From Pseudomonadota bacterium (GTDB lineage Bacteria > Bdellovibrionota > FAC87 > UBA2466): a DNA stretch of 46,597 bases. Numbering within the stretch: position 1 is the first letter of the stretch; the number at the start of each line of letters is the position of its first letter. The position numbers and the translations under genes are program-made. A model generated the notes under the pieces. The model was given only the letters and a program-made list of their open reading frames with translations, did no database searches and was not told where the DNA came from. Location of the stretch: contig JAYSWN010000211.1 in the NCBI GenBank assembly GCA_043718025.1, positions 1-46,597 on the forward strand, read 5' to 3'. Below, in pieces: positions 38,401-46,466 of this stretch.

Positions 38401-41378
38401 AAGGCCGCGGCTAGCACCGCTTTTTGTTCGTTGGCTTTGGCAAGTTGAGGCTGCAACTCCGCCACGGCTTTCTCAAAACCGGTGATCTGTTGGGCGATGC
38501 CATCGCGCTCGTTGGTCTTTTGCACAATGAGGGCATTGGTCTGTTGAATTTGGCCCGGAATGGCGGCCAGCTGTTGCCGGCTTGCGGCGAGGTTTTCGGT
38601 TAACGTTTTGATTTGGGCCACGAGCTGATTTTTTTCGGTTTCGGCCAGGGCTAGCGCATTTTGCGCTTTTTTAAGCTGAGCCTGCAGGTCATTGTGTTCG
38701 GCGGTGGCCGCGGCCACTTCGCTAGCCAAGGCATTTAGCTTTGCTTGCACATTAACCAATTTCTTATCTGCCTTCTCTAGCTCGGCGGAAAGGGTGCTTT
38801 GCTCGGCGGTTGCGGTAACCAAGGCGGCGTTTGCTTGGGAGATCTGGGTATTGAGCGCGGCCACTTGGCCGGGTATCGCGTTTAGATCGCTTTGCGCTTT
38901 AGCGATCGATTCGTTCAACGCTTTTTTCTGTGGCTCAACCCCGGCAATCTGCTGCTGCACTTGCTGTAGCTTGGCATTCTGCTGGGTAATTTGCCCGTCG
39001 GTGCCGCTGATCTTTTGGTTTACGGCGGCCAATTGCCCTTGCGCGGCGGTTAGCTTGGCTTGTAACTCCGCCACTTCGCTTTGCACGGTTTGAATCTGCG
39101 CGTTGATGGCGGCGATGCGTTGGTTTACGTCGGCCATCTGCTGGTCAACCTTTGCCTTTTCGGCGAGCTTTTGGGTGGCCTGATTGGTGCCTTGTTTAAT
39201 CTCGATTTCGTTCTGCTTAATTTCGCCGTTTAGTTTAGGAATCTGCGCTACCACGCCGACGTGTTCCACGCGTTTGGCGACAATCTGTTTTTCAAGCTCT
39301 TTTGATTGGCCTTCGAGCTCCTGAATCTGCTTCTTCTTTTCGGGAGTCATCGGCGGTTTACGAAGCTCGGCAATCTGGGCCTCGACCTCTTTGTTCTTTT
39401 GTTGAAGTGCGCCCATCTCCGTTTTGAGAGACTCGGCCTTAGCTTGGGCCGTGCTCAGTTGCTGGTGCAGGGTCACGTTTTCATTTTGTGCGGCTTGTGC
39501 TTTGGCGGTGGCGGCGGCGGCCTGTTGGCCGAACGTGTTTGACTGTTTAGAAAGGGTTTCTACCTGTGCCGCCAACGGTGCTTTTTCGGCGTTTAGCGCC
39601 TGAATTTTTTTGGCGGTCGGGGCAATCTGCTGTTGCAAACCACTTACGGTTTGGGTGAGTTGCGCCTGTTCGCCCACCAGCGTTTTTTTCTGGTTGCCGA
39701 GCATCGTCACATTGGCCTGAATGTCGGCGGCCTCTTTTTGCAGTCCGACTACCGATTGATCGAGTTTGGCGATGGCGCCTTGTGCAGTAGCAATGGCGCT
39801 GTTCAATTGCCCTTTGCGGCTTTCTAAATTGGCGATTTGCGTTTGCGCCGCAGTAATCGATTTGTTCAATTCGTTTATCTTGCCGTTAACGTTGGTAAGC
39901 TTAGCGGCAAGGGCCGACTTTTCGGTTTGAATCGTGGTGACCTGGGCTTCGAGCTGAGACTTTTGCCCGGTTAACTGGGCAAGCTTTTGGCCGGCGGCGG
40001 TAGCTTGGGTTTGCAACGTGCCGATCTGTACTTTGAGACTGGCGATGGTCGAATTAGAAGCGTTGAGGGCGGCCTGGCGATCGGCCAGCTGCGTTTCCAT
40101 TTTAGGAATTTGGTTTTCTAATTTACCCTTCTCTTTTTGCAGCGCGCTTTTGCGGTTTTCAGCCTGGGTAATCTCGTTGCCCACCTCTTGCAGCTTGGGC
40201 CTTAGGGTGGTGATCTGCAGATTGTTAGCCGCCATTTCTTTATCAAACTTGGCGATTTCGTTGTTGATGCTGTTTAAGCGATCTTGTTGCTCTTTTTGTT
40301 TGCCGGTGAGGTTGCCGATCTTGGTGGTGAGCTCGCCGCGGTTTTCTTCGGCTTTTGTTTCGTTAGCTTTTTGATTGGCCAACTGCGTGGTGAATTGATT
40401 TTGCTTTTCCACGGCCTGCGCAATTTCACCATCAATTGCGGTTAATTTTGCGTTAAGGTTTTGCAGGCGCTCGCTACTCTCCTGAATTTTGGTGGTGAGA
40501 TTGGCGATGCGTTGTTGCAGCCGTTGGTCTTCTTGTTGGGCGGCGGCAATTTTTACGTCTACCGCGGCAATTTGGCGATCCCACTCTTGCAGCGCTCCGG
40601 CAAACTCGGCCGACTTTTGGTTTAATTCGTCGATGCGTTGGCGAATTTCGGCTTTTTTAGTCTCCTCTTCGCCTCTCTTTTTGGTGAGCTCTTGCAGCTC
40701 GCCTTGCAAAAAGCCCAATTGAGTTTCGAGCACGCCGATTTGCCGGGCCACTTCGATGCGGTCGCGCCGCAGGCGCGCCACTTCGGCCACTAAACCTTGA
40801 ATTTCGTTGTCGAGGGTGGTGATTGAATTCACCAACTGCCCCCGTTGAGCGCTTAGCTGGGCAAGGTCGTTGATGACCCGCGACAACCGATCGCGCTCGT
40901 TGGCAAGGCGCTGCGCCAAACCGTCTCTAACTGTAGAGGCGTTGTCGCGGATTTTGCTTAGTCGGCGAATTTCGGTCTCTTTGTCGGCCACTTTTTGCGT
41001 GAGATCGGCAATTTCGTTTTGCAGCTTAAGAATTTCGGTGTCGTTAACTTGCGATTGAGCCTTTAGCTGATCGCTATTACGGTTGAGATCGCCAATGCGC
41101 CGCTCAAGGCTTGTGATCTCGGCAAGCGAAGAGGCCACTTTGTCTTGAAGGTTAGATTTTTCGCGCTCGAGGTTTGAACGGTCTCTCTGCTTCTGCTGGT
41201 AGTCAGCCTTTTTATTATTGGCGTGGCGTCGGGCTCCGTCAGAAACCCCTTTTTGCGCATTGTAAATTCCGCGGTATTTTTCGTAGTCGACTCGATCGGG
41301 AATTTTTGCAAGTTGCCCAAAGCTTGAAAACGTTTGAAATAAAATGAAACCGATAGCCCCAAAGACGTTGCCCCGCAT
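35490..41378 (-). CDS. Giant secreted coiled-coil protein (1962 aa) with GxxxG/YxxGY repeats and C-terminal Ig-like domains
   Basis: N-terminal signal-like peptide; heptad-rich aa ~31-1335; 4-residue Gly/Tyr periodic segments; C-terminal beta domains (GDAVELRVRLRNFGG). No Walker A/B, so not SMC. GGGGGGA SD. Confidence 0.85.
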   Translation of the reverse strand: MRGNVFGAIGFILFQTFSSFGQLAKIPDRVDYEKYRGIYNAQKGVSDGARRHANNKKADYQQKQRDRSNLEREKSNLQDKVASSLAEITSLERRIGDLNRNSDQLKAQSQVNDTEILKLQNEIADLTQKVADKETEIRRLSKIRDNASTVRDGLAQRLANERDRLSRVINDLAQLSAQRGQLVNSITTLDNEIQGLVAEVARLRRDRIEVARQIGVLETQLGFLQGELQELTKKRGEEETKKAEIRQRIDELNQKSAEFAGALQEWDRQIAAVDVKIAAAQQEDQRLQQRIANLTTKIQESSERLQNLNAKLTAIDGEIAQAVEKQNQFTTQLANQKANETKAEENRGELTTKIGNLTGKQKEQQDRLNSINNEIAKFDKEMAANNLQITTLRPKLQEVGNEITQAENRKSALQKEKGKLENQIPKMETQLADRQAALNASNSTIASLKVQIGTLQTQATAAGQKLAQLTGQKSQLEAQVTTIQTEKSALAAKLTNVNGKINELNKSITAAQTQIANLESRKGQLNSAIATAQGAIAKLDQSVVGLQKEAADIQANVTMLGNQKKTLVGEQAQLTQTVSGLQQQIAPTAKKIQALNAEKAPLAAQVETLSKQSNTFGQQAAAATAKAQAAQNENVTLHQQLSTAQAKAESLKTEMGALQQKNKEVEAQIAELRKPPMTPEKKKQIQELEGQSKELEKQIVAKRVEHVGVVAQIPKLNGEIKQNEIEIKQGTNQATQKLAEKAKVDQQMADVNQRIAAINAQIQTVQSEVAELQAKLTAAQGQLAAVNQKISGTDGQITQQNAKLQQVQQQIAGVEPQKKALNESIAKAQSDLNAIPGQVAALNTQISQANAALVTATAEQSTLSAELEKADKKLVNVQAKLNALASEVAAATAEHNDLQAQLKKAQNALALAETEKNQLVAQIKTLTENLAASRQQLAAIPGQIQQTNALIVQKTNERDGIAQQITGFEKAVAELQPQLAKANEQKAVLAAALATTTGNLGETQAKLQEVETRLLQIRKNIADTNDKLKGANEALQALRDQKIQLPLRIAEVQAKLNEHNADKTQAEQKKTANDQELSQLAKNREQLASSREAVAQKKAEVDKRLADRQADLRDVNARLAELDRRLEKKGEQITVATNDLRENRRTLRQLEVAQTKIETETLPLKRTERETAGTTLVQVDDRLAKQGQHKTKLEDAISATRIELATAESALIVAQRNVNTAVSENSTLVQFKTTAERRVTTLNDENIRLADQVNTNDNTVASHQRAIAMFTIEIQQNEGQIALLDPRILTARNLEEMAQGVFNAADEVAKAEESKSLAAFQKFESVYAQYNKEKKAADAEGRADALAAGIEGKSPGAKEATERALADSLASGSADGNRRGLAKGEADGKARDYKAAYLVGQKRGTAEGSIDGFDHGTKAGTDEGKAKGHEVGLEKGLQKGLSEGKAAGYAKGYAEGKSKETYDRGFSDGEVAGTERARKLAMAEDYPRGTAEAEKAILSSEPKNKVDIDNSSEEKKAAEEEKPRALSSRQRLGGVMTAGLGRSLQANSLVSFTSFNPNADESIPQVDFRYRQYLKTYEHPDFDSAYGSAYDNAYTSEYNTGYPAVYAVNYQLTYDKSYNEAYAKNFGVVYDAEAVRGDADGYRNGYDNAYAVARPKAYATAYAENKAAAEAAALPLKYDEGFKSGYEAGEADGKVAGAKAAYQEGYAAGDNKGFEGSIKAARELAYRQGYAAMTELYAASSVVKALSTEVIRVNGGEQFQLGDAVELRVRLRNFGGKETATGRYTVKVEDIAKTLKIDKQNPILKTLAAETEGNYLKVALGTLTGASGIDLKVTVLEEAKVIGTFSVKKEMSQFFTVSRLPNPINAKVNGLFSNPIWLKNVSGRPLPAGYRLVLKMSDARLSIHQPFIPLPSSAPNQEVKVDFWVTASQHADYSKNSMMVTVEAAQGVKLFSTSYQAPVKSN

Positions 41379-41449
41379 TTAATCCCCCCCAGAAATCATT
41401 TATACAAAGCGTCAAGATGGAGTTACCGAAGTTGCCCAAATAGTGTCAA

Positions 41450-41465
41450 AGCAAGACTGATGCCG
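41450..41465 (-). promoter_or_regulatory. Putative sigma54 -24/-12 promoter for the giant coiled-coil gene
   Basis: Minus strand CGGCATCAGTCTTGCT = GGCA-N6-TTGC with exact GG-N10-GC spacing. Confidence 0.7.
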
Positions 41466-41545
41466 AAGAGCACAAGTGTTAGCGCGGGTGGAATCGACGG
41501 CAAATCGGGTAATTTTTTCTTGGGGCTAGTTTAGATTGGGACCAG

Positions 41546-43015
41546 TTATTTGAAGGCTCTTAGTGTTGTGGGGCGGTTTATACTTGAGGGAATTCGGCGA
41601 CCGTTAAGCGCAGGAAGTTTGGTGGACTGAAAAGTTTGTGGCGTTTGATTTGCCAATTGCAACTCGCTCTTGCGCCGCGCCCTCTGGGCGTTAATTGCAT
41701 TGCCACGCAACCCGTCTAATTTTGTAAGGTTGTTTTCAATCAGTGGTGTGGCTTCGTTGGCTAATCTCTGCAGGCGTGCTGCATTCATGGCGGCAAGCTT
41801 TGCGTCATTTGCCGTTTTTTGAAATTCCATTTGGGTTTTTGTTTTTACTTCAATCTCGTCGAGCGCAATCTTGAGGCGTTTATCCGCGCCGTTCGGGTCG
41901 CTTTCATCTTGAGCGCCCATGCTTTTCTGCTCTTCGGGGGTTAAATTTTTATCACGAACCGCCACGCTCGCAAGATCGAGTTGGCCAAGCTGAGACATGG
42001 ATTTGATCTCTTGAGCCTTCACCTGGTTTTGGCTCGGTTTGTAAGCGCCCGGATTTCCGCCGCCGGGACTTGGACTCTGCGGTCCGCCCCCTTTATTGGA
42101 TTGGTCGCCGCCTTGGCTGGGAGGGGGGTTGGCCTGTGAATCGTCGGTGCCAGTACCCGTTCCCGTGCCGGTTCCCGTACCCGTACCGGTGCCAGTCCCA
42201 GTGCCGGTGGCGGTTGCGAATTGGTTGTTCGGTCCTTGGACTTGTCTAGGGTCCACTTTTTCTATGGGTGGTATTTTTGACTCGTCGGTTTTTCCGTTAA
42301 CGGCGGGGCCGGCACTATCATCGTCTTTCGCGTCCGACTTGCTGGTATCGGGACGTCGAGGGGGGCCGGAGTCATTAATCTGAAGTTCGGCTATGGTTTT
42401 CTCGAATTCACGTTTTAGTTTTTCTTCGAGTTCAGCGCGGGCAAAGGCTAACGCTTTGGCCGCCGCATCTTGTTTGCCCTGAACGTCACCGAGAATGGTT
42501 AAGTCTTGTTCAAGTCTGAGAGGGTTAGCGACGCTACTTTCATCTTTCTTAGTATCAAGATAGTTTGGAACGACGTCCTTTAAAATTTCTGCTAAATCGG
42601 CAGCGGCTGAATTGAGTTTATTTTCTTCGTCTTTTGTGAGGGCTTCGCTAGATGTCGCAACCTTGACCGCTTTGATGGCCTTAACCTGTGCAAAGACTTC
42701 GGTGATGAAGTTATTTTTAGAATCGACACTCTTGAGCCTTGGATTATTTTCGGCCATCAAGAAAATTGAGAGGGGCAGTTGCTCGAGGCCTTGTACTTTT
42801 TTGAGTTCGATGAACCTGTTATTTTGTGCCGTATCCACACGCAATTCCCTTTTGGGGTCACGTGGATGCTCATAACGAAAAGTGCCCGGAGGAGTTCGAT
42901 CTTTCCTGTTAGACACGATAGGATCATGGTCCGCCCCGGTAGGTGGCGCACCAAACACACCACCGCCCACCATCAAGATGAGAAGCAAGGCGACTTGGTA
43001 AGAGGGGCGGTTCAC
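41546..43015 (-). CDS. Secreted hypothetical protein with (Thr-Gly)10 linker
   Basis: GTG 43015 with GGAGA SD gives the signal peptide MNRPSYQVALLLILMVGGGVFG; helical N- and C-terminal regions flank a low-complexity linker. Confidence 0.72.
   Translation of the reverse strand: MNRPSYQVALLLILMVGGGVFGAPPTGADHDPIVSNRKDRTPPGTFRYEHPRDPKRELRVDTAQNNRFIELKKVQGLEQLPLSIFLMAENNPRLKSVDSKNNFITEVFAQVKAIKAVKVATSSEALTKDEENKLNSAAADLAEILKDVVPNYLDTKKDESSVANPLRLEQDLTILGDVQGKQDAAAKALAFARAELEEKLKREFEKTIAELQINDSGPPRRPDTSKSDAKDDDSAGPAVNGKTDESKIPPIEKVDPRQVQGPNNQFATATGTGTGTGTGTGTGTGTGTGTDDSQANPPPSQGGDQSNKGGGPQSPSPGGGNPGAYKPSQNQVKAQEIKSMSQLGQLDLASVAVRDKNLTPEEQKSMGAQDESDPNGADKRLKIALDEIEVKTKTQMEFQKTANDAKLAAMNAARLQRLANEATPLIENNLTKLDGLRGNAINAQRARRKSELQLANQTPQTFQSTKLPALNGRRIPSSINRPTTLRAFK
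42146..42208 (-). repeat. (Thr-Gly)10-Thr coding repeat with diversified codons
   Basis: ACC GGC ACT GGG ACT GGC ACC GGT ACG GGT ACG GGA ACC GGC ACG GGA ACG GGT ACT GGC ACC. Confidence 0.9.
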
Positions 43016-43092
43016 GGCTTGGTTTTCTCCGGTTCCGACAACGGTGAAGCTCAAAAAAGCAAAACTATGCCGGGTTCTTTGCCTTTATATAG

Positions 43093-43108
43093 TGCAGGGG
43101 GCTTGCCA
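43093..43108 (-). promoter_or_regulatory. Putative sigma54 -24/-12 promoter for 41546..43015
   Basis: Minus strand TGGCAAGCCCCCTGCA = GG-N10-GC. Confidence 0.62.
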
Positions 43109-43586
43109 GAATTGCCGCCTAAAGAACCGCGGCCGGTTGTCTACTCACTAGCCGTTGGCCGTAGGGTGAGATCTAACTATCCGTAATTATAATTGAATTA
43201 GTGGTCTTGGGGTAGCCGCCGGGCTGTATTCAGGGGCCGGGTCGCCCTGCCTCTAAATTCATAAATAGTTACGATGGTTTACCATGTTTTCACGGGGTGT
43301 TTAGGCAGAATGCGCTTGAATCCCTAGCCGCTGGCGCCACCGCCCCTTTTAGATTCTTTACGATGGCGAGTGATTCGCTCCGTGGGGAGCGTGGCGCTTT
43401 TCCTTGGCGTTTCAATTAAGGGAAGACTCTAACTTTTCACCTTGGCGCTATTGAATTGTTTTGTATCGTGGAGGCGCCACTTACTTTGCGCCGACCGCTT
43501 TCACTTGGTTCCCCTCACTTGTCTTAAGGTCATCGTCGGAGGTTCTTATTTGCACGGGGCTTCGATTTGTTTTGGCGGTTTCCTAA

Positions 43587-43766
43587 GAGCATGTCTCAAA
43601 AGTCGTTTTTCATAGTCATTTACCGAGCCTGCCTTGGCAGGCGCGGCAACCCGTGGCAGCCTTGGTTTCTCGGTAATCCGTGTTCACTCAACGTGACAAG
43701 TTTGCTTCAGCCGCACTGCGTGCGCCTTCGGCAATGACGGCAAGATGCGACTTTTGAGACATCCTC
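43587..43766. mobile_element. 180-bp MITE-like non-autonomous element (IS5-family-like ends)
   Basis: 19-bp terminal inverted repeats, 18/19 identical (GAGCATGTCTCAAAAGTCG / CGACTTTTGAGACATCCTC), flanked by a TAA direct repeat at 43584-86 and 43767-69; no transposase. Confidence 0.8.
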
Positions 43767-43874
43767 TAAGGAAATTTCCTGGCTTTGAAATTTCCTGATT
43801 TTTTTTTTCTTCTTTTCCCGGAAAGAAAAATTTGAAAAAAATTCCGAAAACGGGTGAAGTTGCGGCTAGGCTCA

Positions 43875-43914
43875 CCGCCCCCGCCCCCGCCCCCGCCCCC
43901 GCCCCGCCCCCCCG
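43875..43914. repeat. (GCCCCC)n C-rich tract
   Basis: ccgcccccgcccccgcccccgcccccgccccgcccccccg read directly; may be a sequencing artefact. Confidence 0.6.
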
Positions 43915-44019
43915 TTCTACTAATCATCATAAAGAATCCCCTTTTAACAAAGTTAAACGTGCCTTTTTCAGCCCTGGCTATAATAAAGAGCCCTCGCGTT
44001 TTTCCCATTAAAGGAACCC

Positions 44020-45153
44020 ATGAAGCCCCGCTACGTAGCCAGCGCCGTAATTGCCATGAGCGTGGCCTCCTATTTAGACAACGTGCGCGGTCCGCTGCTG
44101 CCCCTACTGAGCCAACGCCTTAATCTTCCCTACAGCCAAGCCAGCTGGTTTTTTGGCATGGGAAACTTGGCGTCGGTGGTGGGGCTGTTTTCGTTGATTC
44201 GCCTTTCGGGCCGGATCACCGATCGGGCGCTTTCGTTTTTGCTCGTAATTATGGGCTCAGCGGCGGTGGCGGCGCTTTACTTCGTCACCAGCTTTCCCAA
44301 ATTCATCGCGGTGGCGGGGCTGTGGGGCGTTTCTATTTCTTTACTGGGCGCGCTGGGCAACATGCTGCTGATTCAAGGCACCAGTCACGAAGAGCGCGGG
44401 CGCTACTTTTGCGGCCTGCACATGATGTACGGCCTGGCTTCACTCGTGGCCCCTTTCGTCGTGGCCGAAACCGTGCGCTTTGAATACCGGTTTGAAACTG
44501 CGGCGCTGGTGATGATTCCGTTTCTGCTATTTTTAGCGGTGATCGGCGCGGGCTTAACCAAAAATGCCGACACCCAGAATGCCCCCACGGCCCACCGCTT
44601 AAGCCAAACGCAAATTTGGATTTTAATTCTCTTTGCCAGCTACGTGGCCGGCGAAGTGCTGATTTCAACTTGGATGGTGACCTACCTCGTGGATTTTAAG
44701 CACTACTCGATGGGTTCGGCCGCGGCCGTACTTAGCTGGTTTTTTCTGGCCATGGGGCTGAGCCGAGGGGTCTGTTTTTTTAAACTGCCGCCGCGGTGGG
44801 AAACTTGGCTGATGGGCTTCTCCATTTTGGTGGCCCTGGCCGGATCCCTAATGGGCCGTTACGTTTGGCCGCCGGCCTTGGTTATTGCCGGATTGGTGGG
44901 GCCCCTGTTTCCGCTGATGATGGCCCGGTCGTCGCGGGTTTTTCCCGAGCAATCCAGGTCGCTCACGCTCTGGATATTGGGTTCGATTCAGCTCACGTTA
45001 ATGGCGTCGCAATGGCTGATGGGCCGCGTGGCCGACCGCTTTGGCCTAGAGACGGCGTATTTGCTGCCCAACGGATTTTTGCTGGTTTCGGCGGTGGCGC
45101 TGGTGGTGTACCTGCGGCTAGAAAAGAAACACTTAGGGGCTTTTCGGGCGTGA
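44020..45153 (+). CDS. Major facilitator superfamily transporter
   Basis: About 12 hydrophobic segments; GPLLP, LHMMYGLASLVAP, YVAGE, MGRVADRFGL motifs; AAGGA SD. Confidence 0.9.
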   Translation: MKPRYVASAVIAMSVASYLDNVRGPLLPLLSQRLNLPYSQASWFFGMGNLASVVGLFSLIRLSGRITDRALSFLLVIMGSAAVAALYFVTSFPKFIAVAGLWGVSISLLGALGNMLLIQGTSHEERGRYFCGLHMMYGLASLVAPFVVAETVRFEYRFETAALVMIPFLLFLAVIGAGLTKNADTQNAPTAHRLSQTQIWILILFASYVAGEVLISTWMVTYLVDFKHYSMGSAAAVLSWFFLAMGLSRGVCFFKLPPRWETWLMGFSILVALAGSLMGRYVWPPALVIAGLVGPLFPLMMARSSRVFPEQSRSLTLWILGSIQLTLMASQWLMGRVADRFGLETAYLLPNGFLLVSAVALVVYLRLEKKHLGAFRA

Positions 45154-45206
45154 CGCACTTGTGGGTGGACGGATAAGGTTTCGCGGTCTAAAAAAAGTTC
45201 AAGTTA

Positions 45207-45292
45207 GCCCTCGTGGTGAAATCGGTAGACACAAAGGACTTAAAATCCTTGCCCGTAAGGGAGTGCCAGTTCAAGTCTGGCCGGGGGCACCA
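45207..45292 (+). tRNA. tRNA-Leu(TAA)
   Basis: GCCCTCG acceptor stem pairs with CGGGGGC; D-loop GGTAGAC; anticodon arm AAGGA-CTTAAAA-TCCTT; long variable arm; GTTCAAGT T-loop; encoded ACCA. Confidence 0.96.
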
Positions 45293-45308
45293 CTTAAATC
45301 ATAACTTT

Positions 45309-46460
45309 TTAGCGACCTCTTTTGTCAGCGGATGAGCTCTTCATCTTCTGATACAGCAGATACAAGAAGTGACACCAAATGGTGGTTCGGCAGAGCAGCC
45401 CCACCATATTAAACAGCCTACGCAGCGACCCTTCGGCCCAGCCAAATTCATCAATGAGGCGGTTCATGTCGCCGTTGGTGTCACCGATGCCACCAACTAT
45501 CGAACCGTAAGGGAAGGGTAGTTTCCCTTTTACGATCTCACCCCAGTACTCCGAATTGTGCTCAAGGCAATACAGCGCCACAAAGAGAAAAGCATAGCGC
45601 ATGAAAGACCAGTTCCAGAATTTGGGCAGCGCATAGAAATAAGCCATGCCCAAAACTAGCGGAATTAAAAACTGGCCGAGCACGCCGCCCATCACCACGT
45701 ATTCGGTGGCGCTGGCATTGGATAGGCCGAACGTCATAAAAGCCTGCAGGCCTAAAAGGGCGTAGAAGAAGAACGTAAATCCTTTAAGCTGCTCTTGCCG
45801 CCCTTTATACGACCAAAAAAACAGACTCAACGCCAAAAGGCAGTAGGTAACCGCTTTGGGGATGGCGAATGGAATGGTAACCACCGCGAGGGGAATCGCC
45901 GGCATTCCTGAAAACCATGAAATAAAAGCGTGGCCGAATTCGTGAAACTGCATATCGATGCCCTTTAGCAACAGGGCCGGAAAAACCAAAATGTCGCACA
46001 GCCACGCGCCGATGATGCACAGGGGAAACGCCACTAGGCTTAAAAAACCGCCGTGCGGATCCATCCACTCCGTATAGCCGTCTTTGATTTCAAGCTTGAG
46101 ACGAAAGCGCCGGATGCGGCCGAGGCCTTCATGCGAAATCATAATTCCGCTACAGCGCTGGCAAAAGAAAAGGGGCTCCGGGTAGGCTTGAGAATAGACC
46201 ACCTCCTGCAGCTGAGTGGATGGGCAACACGGGCAGGGTAAAGTAGATTGGCTGGCCGAGCCCCACGGGGCGTCGGGCAAATCTAATGAAGTTAAAGCCA
46301 GATTCGAAAGGTCATTTTTTTGTAGAGAAATGCTTCGGCAGGGTGGGCACCCGAAGCGGCGGCCCAAATCGGCAAACAACGCATCCACCATCGGCTTTTG
46401 ACACATCGGGCACTGCGGCGCCGAGGGGGTATCGATCGGTTGTGCTTGAACGGGTTCCAC
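45309..46460 (-). CDS. Double zinc-ribbon plus M50-like intramembrane metallopeptidase
   Basis: CPMC/CPPC/CPCC/CQRC at the N-terminus; FHEFGH in a hydrophobic region; distal 'NGDMNRL' Asp; several TM helices. Confidence 0.75.
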   Translation of the reverse strand: MEPVQAQPIDTPSAPQCPMCQKPMVDALFADLGRRFGCPPCRSISLQKNDLSNLALTSLDLPDAPWGSASQSTLPCPCCPSTQLQEVVYSQAYPEPLFFCQRCSGIMISHEGLGRIRRFRLKLEIKDGYTEWMDPHGGFLSLVAFPLCIIGAWLCDILVFPALLLKGIDMQFHEFGHAFISWFSGMPAIPLAVVTIPFAIPKAVTYCLLALSLFFWSYKGRQEQLKGFTFFFYALLGLQAFMTFGLSNASATEYVVMGGVLGQFLIPLVLGMAYFYALPKFWNWSFMRYAFLFVALYCLEHNSEYWGEIVKGKLPFPYGSIVGGIGDTNGDMNRLIDEFGWAEGSLRRLFNMVGLLCRTTIWCHFLYLLYQKMKSSSADKRGR

Positions 46461-46466
46461 CCCTTC

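Noticed and set aside
35490..41378. SMC/Rad50 or phage tape-measure annotation for the giant coiled-coil protein
   Set aside because: No Walker A/B or signature motif, no hinge or CxxC hook, and no phage genes nearby; it has an export-like N-terminus.
43173..43273. IHF-like sites near sigma54 promoters (…ATAGTTA…)
   Set aside because: Only partial matches to WATCAANNNNTTR; not distinguishable from chance without a PWM.
43110..43583. Possible ncRNA or pseudogene in the ~470-bp ORF-free stretch
   Set aside because: No recognisable RNA family, strong stems or decayed protein motif by eye; more simply the upstream enhancer region of the sigma54 gene.
43766..44123. Poly-Pro (43854..44123 +) and poly-Gly (43766..44008 -) ORFs
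   Set aside because: By-products of the C-rich tract; they overlap the MFS gene or MITE and have no protein-like composition.
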